DNA from: Chloroflexota bacterium
Lineage (GTDB): Bacteria > Chloroflexota > UBA11872 > VXOZ01
Length of the DNA: 64,000 nucleotides
Assembly: GCA_964291655.2 (NCBI GenBank)
Contig: OZ219802.1
Coordinates: 640,001 to 704,000, forward strand
Reading direction: 5' to 3'
This document shows positions 51,377-60,470 of the stretch, piece by piece (the first letter of the stretch is position 1; each line of letters opens with the position of its first letter). The notes beneath the pieces are model-generated. The model was not told where the DNA came from, searched no databases, and worked only from the letters and a program-made list of their open reading frames with translations. A program made the position numbers and the translations under genes.

Positions 51377-52948
51377 ATGATCCAGCAAATCCCCCTCGCG
51401 GTCATTCTCGGCAGTGGCGCGGCATTGACGTCGCTGGCGCTGCTCATGTTCTGGTGGCTGGCCGAACGTACCGTCTCGGCAGAAACCGCAGTCCACGCGG
51501 GACCGGTATTTCTCCGCCGCATTGCCCGCAACGCGCTCGTACCGTTGCTGGCCATGGTCATTGCGCGCGGCCTTATGTGGGTTTTCGCCGCGTACTACCT
51601 CCGTGTGCTTGGTCTGGAAAACTACGGCTACTATGCCCATGCCGTCAACTTGATCGGCTTTTTCGGCCCGCTCACGGACTTCGGCTTGGGCGTGCTGCTG
51701 ACGCGGGAAATAAGCCGCCGTCCCGATGCTGCCTCGGCATATCTTGTGGTTGTGCAGCGCATCCGTTTGTTGCTCTCAATTGCCGCTATCCCTGTCGTGC
51801 TCCTTATCATGGCAGGCATCTGGTTTGTGGACATCGTGCCGGCAAACACCATCCTGACGGCGGGTCTCCTCGCGGTAGCGCTCATCCCGGCAAACGCCGC
51901 CGGTACGGCCAGTTCTCTCTTTGCCGCCCGCGAGCGCATGGACTACACAGCACTCGTGCAGATCGCTACGGTACTCTTCACGGTGGGTTTGGGCATAGTG
52001 GCAATCGCTCTCGGCTGGGGCTACGTGGGACTAGCCGTAACAGCGCTCATCGCCAACGTCGTCACCGCTTTCGTGCTGCTCCGGGCGCTCCCTCACGAAG
52101 GCACTTCCCGCGCGCCCTGGGACGGGCAACTGGCGCGCGCGCTCATGCTGGCGTCCGTGCCGCTGATGCTCAATGCGTTGCTCAACATCGTTTTCTTCCG
52201 CATCGACATACAGGTGTTGACGATGACACGGGATATTACGGAAGTTGGGTACTACGGCGCGGCGTATAAGTATGTTGAAGCCTTTGCCCTGCTGCCCTCG
52301 GCGCTCGTGTTGGCGCTCTTCCCGGCGCTCTCACGGATCGCCCCCACCGACCGTGCTGCTCTCCAGAGTATCTTTACCAAGGCGCTGCAATTCATGCTCG
52401 TCCTCGCCGTCGGCAGCGCCGTGTGCTTTAGCTGGTACGCCACCTCCTTTGTCTGGGTGATCGGCGGCGACAAGTTCTTGCCCCATGGGGCAACTGCGCT
52501 GGCCATACTCATCTGGTTCCTTCCGCTGAGTTATGTCAATGCGATCACACAGTACGTCCTCATTGCCCTTGACCAACAGAAGTGGATCGCTATCGCCTTT
52601 GCGCTCGCCACCGCTTTCAACCTGGTAACAAACATCATCTTCGTGCCACAGCACGGTTACGCGGCCGCGGCGGTGACGACGGTGCTCTCCGAGCTGGTAC
52701 TCCTGGCGCCCTTCTTCGTCATCGCGCGCCGCAGGGAGATCATGATCCCAATTCTCAGCACTGGATGGCGACCGTTGCTGGCCGGCGTTGGCATGTTTGC
52801 TGTTGCGTGGTTCACGAGTTCTCTCCCTGCACTGCCGAGCATGGGGTTAGCGGGATTCGCTTATCTTGGCCTGGTAATCGCTCTCGGGGCCCTGCCGCGC
52901 GAAGACATTGCACGCTTCTGGAGTGCCCTGCGTGGCGCGCGAACTTAG
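51377..52948 (+). CDS. Wzx/MATE-like polysaccharide flippase
   Basis: RVLG.ENYG.Y, DFGL...LTRE, FFRID, VGYYGAAYK, LFP.LS; many TM segments. Confidence 0.85.
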   Translation: MIQQIPLAVILGSGAALTSLALLMFWWLAERTVSAETAVHAGPVFLRRIARNALVPLLAMVIARGLMWVFAAYYLRVLGLENYGYYAHAVNLIGFFGPLTDFGLGVLLTREISRRPDAASAYLVVVQRIRLLLSIAAIPVVLLIMAGIWFVDIVPANTILTAGLLAVALIPANAAGTASSLFAARERMDYTALVQIATVLFTVGLGIVAIALGWGYVGLAVTALIANVVTAFVLLRALPHEGTSRAPWDGQLARALMLASVPLMLNALLNIVFFRIDIQVLTMTRDITEVGYYGAAYKYVEAFALLPSALVLALFPALSRIAPTDRAALQSIFTKALQFMLVLAVGSAVCFSWYATSFVWVIGGDKFLPHGATALAILIWFLPLSYVNAITQYVLIALDQQKWIAIAFALATAFNLVTNIIFVPQHGYAAAAVTTVLSELVLLAPFFVIARRREIMIPILSTGWRPLLAGVGMFAVAWFTSSLPALPSMGLAGFAYLGLVIALGALPREDIARFWSALRGART

Positions 52949-52957
52949 AAGTGTCTC

Positions 52958-53123
52958 GTTCTTACCGACGGTGCAGCGAGTAGGGGCGGTTCGCGAACCG
53001 CCCTTACCTGCCGCAAGGGCATCCACCGCAGTTCCTACCGACGGCGCATTGAGTAGAGGCGGTTCGCGAACCGCCCCTACCTGCCGCAATAGCATCTACC
53101 GCAGCGTGGGGACTTGCCCCCGC
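52958..53123 (+). repeat. Tandem 73-bp REP-containing units (2 copies) plus degenerate second REP type
   Basis: Units at 52958 and 53031 containing GTAG(G/A)GGCGGTTCGCGAACCGCCC. Confidence 0.85.
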
Positions 53124-53325
53124 ATCAGTACGAGAAGCCCTGAATGAATCTCCGCAGTCCTTCCCTACGTGAGTGGAAAATGAGTATCTTGCTTCCTCCG
53201 GCTCTTACGCTCTTGCCCGGCCGCCGTGTCCCGCCTGTGATATGCTCGTAAGACGCACCTCGCTGCATGTATAAGACGCCGTTCTCACAAATAGAGCGCT
53301 CTCGACAGTTGGTCGGAAAAGTCTC

Positions 53326-53564
53326 GTTCTTACCGACGGTGCAGCGTGTAGGGGCAATTCGCGAACCGTCCCCACCTGCCGCAAGAGCATCCACCGCAGT
53401 TCTTACCCACGGCGCACCGAGTAGAGGCGGTTCGCGAAACGCCCCCACCTGCCGCAAGAGCTTCCACCGCAGTTCTTACCCACGGCGCACCGAGTAGAGG
53501 CGGTTCGCGAACCGCCCCTACCTGCCACAGAATATCCAGCGTAGCGCGGGGGCTTGTCCCCCGC
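53326..53564 (+). repeat. Tandem 73-bp REP-containing units (3 copies) plus GTAGCGCGGGGGCTTGTCCCCCGC
   Basis: Units at 53326, 53399, 53472; same architecture as 52958..53123. Confidence 0.85.
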
Positions 53565-53711
53565 CTGGTCGCACAAGAATAAGGCACAACCTTGAGGTGT
53601 CTCTCAACCAGGTTCACGCAGGTTTCAAACCTGCGTTACCGGAGCAGAGCGGCGCTCAACGCGCGCTGTGTTTCTTGACCGCAGTGGGGGCACGGCCCTG
53701 GAGGAGAATCC

Positions 53712-54527
53712 ATGACGTCCGAGAACGAGAGAGTCCTCGACCACCGCGCGGTTGGCGAACTCTGGGACGAGAATGCCGAAGCCTGGACCACGCTCACCCG
53801 CCTCGGCTACGACAAGTACCGCGACCACATCAACACGCCGGCCTACATGGAGATGCTGCCCAACGTGGTGGGGCTGCAGGGGCTTGACGTCGGCTGCGGC
53901 GAGGGCCACAATACGCGGCTGGTCGCGCAACGCGGCGCGCATCTAACCGCCTTGGATATTTCCGGCCGCTTTGTGGACTACGCCCAGGAGCGAGAGACGG
54001 AAGAGCCATTAGGAATCACCTATCTGCGCGCCAGCGCAGTGGATTTGCCTCTGGCCGACGCCGGCTTCGACTTTGTCATGGCCACTATGAGCATGATGGA
54101 CGTGCCGGACCAGCACCGAGCTGTCCGCGAAGTGGCGCGCGTCTTGAAGCCGGGCGGCTTCTTCCAGTTCTCGATTCTTCACCCTTGCTTCATGACACCC
54201 CGCTTTAAATGGGTGCTCGATGAAGCAGGGCGACGCGTCGCTATGGAGTGCGGTGACTATTTCAAGACGGAGCAAGGCACCATCGAGGAGTGGATATTTG
54301 GGTCTGCCCCTGACGAATTGAAGGAGCGTTACAAGAAATTCCGCATCCCGCGCTTCTTCCACACCTTGAGCACATGGTTGAACATGCTACTCACAGCCGG
54401 ACTCGTCATCGAAGAGAGCGCCGAGCCGTACGCCAGCGACGAGTCCATCGCAATCTATCCCAGCCTCGCCGCCACCCGCGTCATCGCCTGCTCCCTCCAC
54501 CTCCGCTGCCGGAAACCATCACGGTAG
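53712..54527 (+). CDS. Class I SAM-dependent methyltransferase
   Basis: GLDVGCGEG, ALDIS, FDFV, RVLKPGG; RBS GGAGGAG. Confidence 0.9.
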   Translation: MTSENERVLDHRAVGELWDENAEAWTTLTRLGYDKYRDHINTPAYMEMLPNVVGLQGLDVGCGEGHNTRLVAQRGAHLTALDISGRFVDYAQERETEEPLGITYLRASAVDLPLADAGFDFVMATMSMMDVPDQHRAVREVARVLKPGGFFQFSILHPCFMTPRFKWVLDEAGRRVAMECGDYFKTEQGTIEEWIFGSAPDELKERYKKFRIPRFFHTLSTWLNMLLTAGLVIEESAEPYASDESIAIYPSLAATRVIACSLHLRCRKPSR

Positions 54528-54610
54528 AGGAAAGCGCAGCAGTCGCCAAGGCGCAAAGAAAGGGGAAGCTCTACGTTTCGCAGTGCATAGGACGCGCGCG
54601 CGGTGAAGAC

Positions 54611-54981
54611 CTAGCCGCTTTCAAAGCTCGGCTTGGTGCGCTGGCGCGCTCCAGGGGTGCACGCATACGCCTGCACCACTTCGCCATCCACAATGTGCTC
54701 TGCCACGATGCGGTCCACGGCGGCCTCGTCCACGCCGCCGTACCACGTGCCATCGGGATGCACCACCATCATCGGCCGAGATCGCAGGGATTGAGACAGC
54801 CCGTGCGCGCCGCCATCAATACACGCCTCTTGCCCCACAACCGGCACTCCCTGACCTTCGCCTCGAAATACTCCCACAACGCCGGGTCATTCTTGCATTT
54901 TGCGGCGGGACCAATGACAGAGCAATACTTGGCCGTGGGCAGTGGGAAGAATTGCACGTACCGGCGGTTGGTTTGTTTCAA
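54611..54981 (-). pseudogene. Degraded copy of thioredoxin-like [2Fe-2S] ferredoxin domain
   Basis: Near-identical DNA to 56525..56860 (WEYFEAKVRECRL...TGCL.PCDLG, MMVVHPDGTWYGGVDE) with a 1-nt deletion near 54774 and further frameshift upstream. Confidence 0.8.
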
Positions 54982-55056
54982 GCACCGGTACGTGCTTCAA
55001 CCTTGAACCACTCTCCCCTGTCGCAGTCCCGGTAGGCTACGCACCTTCTTCTTCGT

Positions 55057-56079
55057 CTACTCGGGATAGAAACCGTTCGCCAGCGTTTCAATGGCGTCAA
55101 CGGTGCGAATGCCCGCCTGCGTGGCCGTGAAGAGCACATCCACGAAGTGCTTGTTCTGCACTGCCTTGATGGAGGAAAGCGCCTCGGTGCTCTCCAAGTA
55201 CGCTCTCTTCTCTGCAGCCGTAGACCATCCTGGGGCATCGAGCAGCACGATGACGTCGGGGTCTCGCTCGACCACGGTCTCCCAGTTCACTGACCCGAAG
55301 AGACCTTCAACGTCAGCAAATATGTTGACCCCACCTGCCTCTTCGACTATCGCATTCACAATGCCCGAACCAACCGCGGCGTACGGCGTATCATCACCAC
55401 TGTCATAGATGAAGACTGAAACCTTCGGATCGGCAGGCGCCGTCTTGGCGCGGATGTCCGCTAAGCGGGCCCGCAGCCCGTAGACGTACTCTTCAGCACG
55501 CTCCGTAATCCCAAAGATCTGCCCGATTTTCACAAAGTCCTCGAACACGTCCTCAACGGTCACCTTGCCCTCTTTGCAGTTGGAGGCCGTCATGTACGAC
55601 GCTATGCCGAGATCCAAAAGCGAATCGCGCGGCCCTGCCACATCTTCACGAGTGAAGGCGCTTACAAAGGCAGCGTAAATGAAGTCGGGCTCCGCTCCCA
55701 GAATGACCTCATGTGAAGGATATTTCTCGGCAAGTACCGGAATCTGCTCGTATGCCGCCTGGAGATCAGGGGGCATCGAGTCTCTGAGGAACGCCGTGCC
55801 AACCATGCTGTCTTCCAAACCCAACGCCAGCATCAATTCCGTCGTTTGCTGAGATAGACTAATGGCGCGCTGCGGCGGCTGGTCGTACGTAATGGTAAAG
55901 CCACAGTTTTCGATGGTCACCGGCGTGAAAGCAGTTTCGGCTTCTTGGGCCGGTTCTGCCGGCTCCGCCACCGGTTGCGGTACGGCTACCGTGCCACAAC
56001 CAGCCAGCAAGAGACTACCCGCGCCTGCCACTCCGATGGCGAGAAGGCTACGACGAGTCATGCGCTGAGAATAGATCAT
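55057..56079 (-). CDS. Iron-siderophore/cobalamin-type ABC substrate-binding lipoprotein (TroA_a-like), Tat signal
   Basis: TRRSLL..LAGC; VTIENCG, PPQRA, ELMLALGL, VNWE.V.ERDPDVIV. Confidence 0.88.
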   Translation of the reverse strand: MIYSQRMTRRSLLAIGVAGAGSLLLAGCGTVAVPQPVAEPAEPAQEAETAFTPVTIENCGFTITYDQPPQRAISLSQQTTELMLALGLEDSMVGTAFLRDSMPPDLQAAYEQIPVLAEKYPSHEVILGAEPDFIYAAFVSAFTREDVAGPRDSLLDLGIASYMTASNCKEGKVTVEDVFEDFVKIGQIFGITERAEEYVYGLRARLADIRAKTAPADPKVSVFIYDSGDDTPYAAVGSGIVNAIVEEAGGVNIFADVEGLFGSVNWETVVERDPDVIVLLDAPGWSTAAEKRAYLESTEALSSIKAVQNKHFVDVLFTATQAGIRTVDAIETLANGFYPE

Positions 56080-56134
56080 CTCCAACTTCCTTTCCGATTC
56101 TACACGAGAGCTTCTCACACGCACTCCCATCTTT

Positions 56135-56186
56135 ATTGGGAATGCGTTTCATTAACATTAAACAGGGTGTGGGTATGCCTTGTCAA
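56135..56186 (-). promoter_or_regulatory. Promoter with Fur-box-like site
   Basis: Minus strand TTGACA-18-TTTAAT, followed by AATGAAACGCATTCCCAAT. Confidence 0.5.
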
Positions 56187-56384
56187 GGGCCGCGCCATGC
56201 TAACCGGAGTAGTCCGATTCTTGCCGAGAGTGCAGGCTGCTTATGCGTCCAATGGCGCCAGGTGAGCAGTGCGCCGGTGCCCTTGGCAGCGTGGTCCATT
56301 GGGCCGCAACCTTCGGCGTCCTCGCGATGCATCCCTAGCGCAAGGCCCCGCCATCGGGCGTAGGCAGCAATCAGTCTAAATTAC

Positions 56385-56418
56385 AATAAAAAAGCCCTGT
56401 TCCCTAGAGAACAAGGCG
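56385..56418 (-). terminator. Intrinsic terminator
   Basis: Minus strand GCCTTGTTCTC-TA-GGGAACAGGGC-TTTTTTATT. Confidence 0.7.
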
Positions 56419-56524
56419 TCACTTGGATCATAGAGTCGAGCCGTTTACCGGCGGTTTGCCTCAGCGGTCGTAATCAACCATAGCTTTAGATTTTCGGTTC
56501 ACGGCGTCTGCCCGACGGCGAATA

Positions 56525-57361
56525 CTAGCTGCCTTTCGTCCCCGGCTTGCGCCGAGCCAGCGCGCCGGGAGTGCACGCATACTCCTGCACCACTTCGCCA
56601 TCCACAATGTGCTCAGCCACGATGCGGTCCACCGCGGCCTCGTCCACGCCGCCGTACCACGTGCCGTCGGGATGCACCACCATCATCGGGCCGAGATCGC
56701 AGGGATAGAGACAGCCGGTGCGGACCATCATCACGCGCTGCTTGCCTCGCAACCGGCATTCCCTGACCTTCGCCTCGAAATACTCCCACAGCGCTGGGGC
56801 ATTCTCCAGCGTGCAGCGCGGTCCGCTGCAGAGGAGCACATGATGCCGATGGGAGGGTAAGTGATTCCAGGAGCGCCGCCGCTCCTCTATCGTGGGATCC
56901 TCACGCACATCCGTAAAGGAGCGAGCATCCATGACGGCAGCGCTAAAGGCGTCTGCCAGGTGTGCGCTATCGCCCAATGGCGGTGCGAGCGCGACCTCCA
57001 CGTCAGCATCCGCATGTTCGCGCAGCCAGTCGCGCAGCGCGAGGGGCAGCCACCAGCGCAGCGTGCGGTCCATGGGCACGAGACCCGGCACCACCAGGAG
57101 GCGGCGGGCCCCTGCGGCGAGACTCTGTTCGAGCACGGCCGACAGCGCCGGCTTGCCCTGCTCCAGGAACGCGTAGCGCACAGCGCGAAAGCTACCGGCA
57201 CGGGCCACCGATGCGACCAGCCGTTCCAGTTCCTGGCGCGGGGCCGCGCCATAGCCGCCGCGGCCCACGATAACGACCGTGTCAAACGGTACGCCGTTGG
57301 GCTCCGTTTGGGTCTCAGGGGACAAGACGTCTCCATCTTGTTCGCTGTGGCGGTCTGCCAT
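56525..57361 (-). CDS. CbiX/SirB-like domain fused to thioredoxin-like [2Fe-2S] ferredoxin
   Basis: N-part YAFLEQGKP, LLVVP, LAPPLG (CbiX fold); C-part HVLLCSGPRC, TGCLYPCDLGP...VHPDGTWY. Confidence 0.8.
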   Translation of the reverse strand: MADRHSEQDGDVLSPETQTEPNGVPFDTVVIVGRGGYGAAPRQELERLVASVARAGSFRAVRYAFLEQGKPALSAVLEQSLAAGARRLLVVPGLVPMDRTLRWWLPLALRDWLREHADADVEVALAPPLGDSAHLADAFSAAVMDARSFTDVREDPTIEERRRSWNHLPSHRHHVLLCSGPRCTLENAPALWEYFEAKVRECRLRGKQRVMMVRTGCLYPCDLGPMMVVHPDGTWYGGVDEAAVDRIVAEHIVDGEVVQEYACTPGALARRKPGTKGS

Positions 57362-57393
57362 GGCGCGCTACCTATACACGTTGCGCAAGGGAC

Positions 57394-58242
57394 CTAATCC
57401 ACACCAACCATCACAGATGCTGCCGGCGCTCCGTTGCTGGATGCCGGCGCCCCATTGGTGGCTGCCGGCGCCGCGGCGTGGGCGGGAAGGTAGACAATAT
57501 GGAGTTTGCCGGTGCGGGGGTGTATCTGCACCTCGGCATCTACACCAAACACGTTGCGAATGAGCTCAGGTTGCAACACCGCCTCCGGCGAGTCTGCCGC
57601 TACGATCCGTCCTGCTGCAATGATGTAGATGCGGTCGCAGTAGGCTGCGGCCAGATTGAGATCGTGCAGCGCCGCGAACGTCGTCACCTGCAAGCCGCGC
57701 ACCAGATCCAGAATCTCAAGCTGATAGCGCACGTCCAGATGGTTCGTGGGCTCGTCCAGCACGAGGAAGCGGGCCTGCTGGGCCAGGGCGCGGGCAATCA
57801 ACACGCGTTGCTTTTCACCGCCGGAGAGCGTGGCGAAGCTGCGTTCGGCAAAGTCCAACATGCCCACCTGCGCCAGCGCGCTTTCCACCAGGGCATGGTC
57901 TTCATCGGTTTCGCGGGAAAACATCTTCTTGTGAGGCGTGCGTCCCATGAGCACCATCTCCCACACCACAAAATCAAACTCCCCGGGAGATTCCTGCAGC
58001 ACTGCCGCCGTGCGTCGGGCCGCCTCGCGCGGGTCGAGCTTCCAAACGTCGTCGCCGTTGAGCGAAATGTAGCCGGCATCCGGCTTGAGCGCGCGATAAA
58101 TCGACCGCAGCAAGCTCGACTTGCCGCTGCCGTTCGGGCCCAGGATACCGACGAATTCACCGGCGCCGACCTCGGCGCCGACCTCTTGCAGTATCGGTTG
58201 CGAGTCTACGCTCCAACTAACATCTTCAACACGGAGGTTCAT
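57394..58242 (-). CDS. FecE/FepC-type ABC ATP-binding protein
   Basis: GPNGSGKS, MGRTPH, LSGGEKQR, LDEPTNHLD, LHDLNLAA. Confidence 0.92.
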   Translation of the reverse strand: MNLRVEDVSWSVDSQPILQEVGAEVGAGEFVGILGPNGSGKSSLLRSIYRALKPDAGYISLNGDDVWKLDPREAARRTAAVLQESPGEFDFVVWEMVLMGRTPHKKMFSRETDEDHALVESALAQVGMLDFAERSFATLSGGEKQRVLIARALAQQARFLVLDEPTNHLDVRYQLEILDLVRGLQVTTFAALHDLNLAAAYCDRIYIIAAGRIVAADSPEAVLQPELIRNVFGVDAEVQIHPRTGKLHIVYLPAHAAAPAATNGAPASSNGAPAASVMVGVD

Positions 58243-59357
58243 GTTCTGCCTCCTCCAAATGCATCTTTGCGTCGCCGCATTAACCATAGAAAGAACGGTC
58301 CGCCGAGAAACGCCGTAATGACGCCAAGGGGCATCTCTTCCGGCTGCACAACCGTGCGTGCGAGCACGTCAACCCAAACCAGAAAGATCGCCCCGGCCAG
58401 CAGGCTCACCGGCAAGACGCGGCGGTGGTCCGTACCGACAAAGAGGCGCACGGTATGGGGCATCATCAGTCCCACAAAGCCAATCGCGCCGGCCAACGCC
58501 ACCATGACGCCGGTCATCATTGCCGCCACCACCATCAGCACCCGCCGGAAACGATTCGTATCCACACCCAGGCTCACGGCCGTTTCCTCACCCGCCACGA
58601 GGGCATTCAACGGTCGCGCCTGCAACACCAAGTAAACGGTACCGATGAGGAGCACCAGCAGCGGCAGCGTGAGATAGCTCCATTTTGCGCCGGCCACACT
58701 CCCCATCAGCCAGAAGAGCACCGAGCGAATGCCCTCAGCCTCGTCGGCGCGAAACACCATGAAGCTCATCGTAGCCGATAAGACATAGGACAACGCAACT
58801 CCTACCAAGATGAGGCGCACGGGCGAGAGTGTGCCCCGGTGCTGCGCCAGCGTGAGTACCACGATGAACGTGAGTACCGCTCCCAGGAAAGCAGCAACCG
58901 ACAGCGCATAGATACCTAAGAACTGGAAAACGCCGAACAGAATCACGAGCACGGCACCCACGGAGGCTCCGGAAGAGACACCCAATATATACGGGTCGGC
59001 CAGCGGATTGCGCACCGTCGCCTGCATGGCAACCCCCACAACCGCGAGCCCTGCGCCGACGACGGCCGCCAGCAACACCCGGGGAAACCGGATCAGCCAC
59101 ACGATGTTTTCGTGGGCGGCCGACCATTCGCCGGAGGCCAGCCCCGTCAGGCGGGAGACGGCAATCTGCCAGACCGTCAACGGTGCGATGGCTACCGGGC
59201 CGATGGTAACTGCGAGTGTGAGTGAAAACAGCAGCGCCACCAGCAAGCCGAGCACCACGACAGGAAAGCGCGCGTCCCACCGCCGACCGGGCGCGCGTTC
59301 TTGTGCCGGGCCCGCCGCAGTCGGCGACCGCGTCGGTCTCTCCGCAACTGTGGCCAT
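58239..59357 (-). CDS. FecCD/BtuC-family ABC permease
   Basis: IRFPR, RNPLADPYILGVSSGA, GAIGFVGL..PH, GVITAFLGGPFF. Confidence 0.93.
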   Translation of the reverse strand: MATVAERPTRSPTAAGPAQERAPGRRWDARFPVVVLGLLVALLFSLTLAVTIGPVAIAPLTVWQIAVSRLTGLASGEWSAAHENIVWLIRFPRVLLAAVVGAGLAVVGVAMQATVRNPLADPYILGVSSGASVGAVLVILFGVFQFLGIYALSVAAFLGAVLTFIVVLTLAQHRGTLSPVRLILVGVALSYVLSATMSFMVFRADEAEGIRSVLFWLMGSVAGAKWSYLTLPLLVLLIGTVYLVLQARPLNALVAGEETAVSLGVDTNRFRRVLMVVAAMMTGVMVALAGAIGFVGLMMPHTVRLFVGTDHRRVLPVSLLAGAIFLVWVDVLARTVVQPEEMPLGVITAFLGGPFFLWLMRRRKDAFGGGRT

Positions 59358-59442
59358 TGCTGTTCTCCGTCTATAGTCTGTTCTTCACAAAGCATCTCGA
59401 TGATGCTGCACAGTTATGTAAGGGGGTTGCCGGGTCCCGCCG

Positions 59443-60420
59443 CTATGGAGACCTCCCCCAACCCCTTTTCTTCCCGATCCAAAACACGACACCGGCTACG
59501 GCCAAGATCAAGGCCAAGGCAGGCAGCCCCAACAGCGCTGTATTCCATCCGCTTCTCATTCCGTTGACCTCAACCGGCGAGGAGTCTCCCCTATCGTAAG
59601 CTTCGCGTAGCAGGGTCACCGGGTTCTGCTCCCCAGCACGTTGCGCTGGAACAGTCAGCCACCGGCTTAACGAGTCTCCTTGTTCGCTGGTACGCGCTAC
59701 CGCGACGAATGCGGTAAGGGCCGTTTGCTCGCGGGGACACCGTTTGTCGCCGCCTTCCCCAGCGCCGGCCTCAAGAGCGGCGAGCAATCCATCAGCAAGG
59801 ACGGCGTCAGGCTGTTTCATCACCTCTTCGAACGCTTCCAACGCCGCGCTGACCACTGCCGGTCCCACCAGAATGTTCCCTTGGGCCGAGATGGATGGGC
59901 CACTGACCGCACCGGCCCAGTCAAGGTTCCCGCTCCCGGTGAAGTTTGCCGCTCCGTGAGCCAGCGTGGCGACGCCGTACTGCCTCGTATCCGGAGAGGA
60001 ATCACCCGAGCTAGCTGCAGCAATCGCATCTTGAGGTGAAGCGCCGGCCAGCAAGCTACTCGCAACCCTATCGATCCGCTCGGTGTTTTGCGGATCACCT
60101 TGCGCCTGCGCTGCAATTGCACCATGTCCGGGCAGCAGGCGGGCCAGTTCGATATCACCAAGCGAGGAGTCGATATATACGTGATATATCATTCGCCCCG
60201 CATCATCCCCGGACCCGCCGGCTGTCGCTAACAATCGAGAGTTCTCAGGCACACAGGTGGCCAGCGCAACACCCACTTCGGCAGCTTCTGCGTCGACAGC
60301 AACAATGGACCAGGTGCCTGACGAATATTCATTAGTAGGGGCTATAGTCCCAGCGCCGCAGCCGGTAGTCAACAAGAGCGCGATAGCGACGCGCGCGACC
60401 CGAGCAGGCTTCACAGTCAT
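59443..60420 (-). CDS. DUF1028-family (Ntn-hydrolase-like) protein with lipoprotein signal and C-terminal TM anchor
   Basis: LLTTGC; TWSIVAVD, RQYG, QGNIL.G..V, LEAG...GGDKR; hydrophobic C-terminus then KKR. Confidence 0.8.
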   Translation of the reverse strand: MTVKPARVARVAIALLLTTGCGAGTIAPTNEYSSGTWSIVAVDAEAAEVGVALATCVPENSRLLATAGGSGDDAGRMIYHVYIDSSLGDIELARLLPGHGAIAAQAQGDPQNTERIDRVASSLLAGASPQDAIAAASSGDSSPDTRQYGVATLAHGAANFTGSGNLDWAGAVSGPSISAQGNILVGPAVVSAALEAFEEVMKQPDAVLADGLLAALEAGAGEGGDKRCPREQTALTAFVAVARTSEQGDSLSRWLTVPAQRAGEQNPVTLLREAYDRGDSSPVEVNGMRSGWNTALLGLPALALILAVAGVVFWIGKKRGWGRSP

Positions 60421-60470
60421 ACCACCTTGTCCTCGGTGTCCTACTCTAATGCAAACACGCCCTAGCCGGC

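Noticed and set aside
52958-53564. CRISPR array
   Set aside because: Sequences between the palindromes are near-identical rather than unique spacers, and no cas genes are present
56190-56520. Cobalamin riboswitch upstream of the SBP
   Set aside because: Could not find the GGGAA, GCCACTG or B12-box consensus on the minus strand here or at 61590-61840
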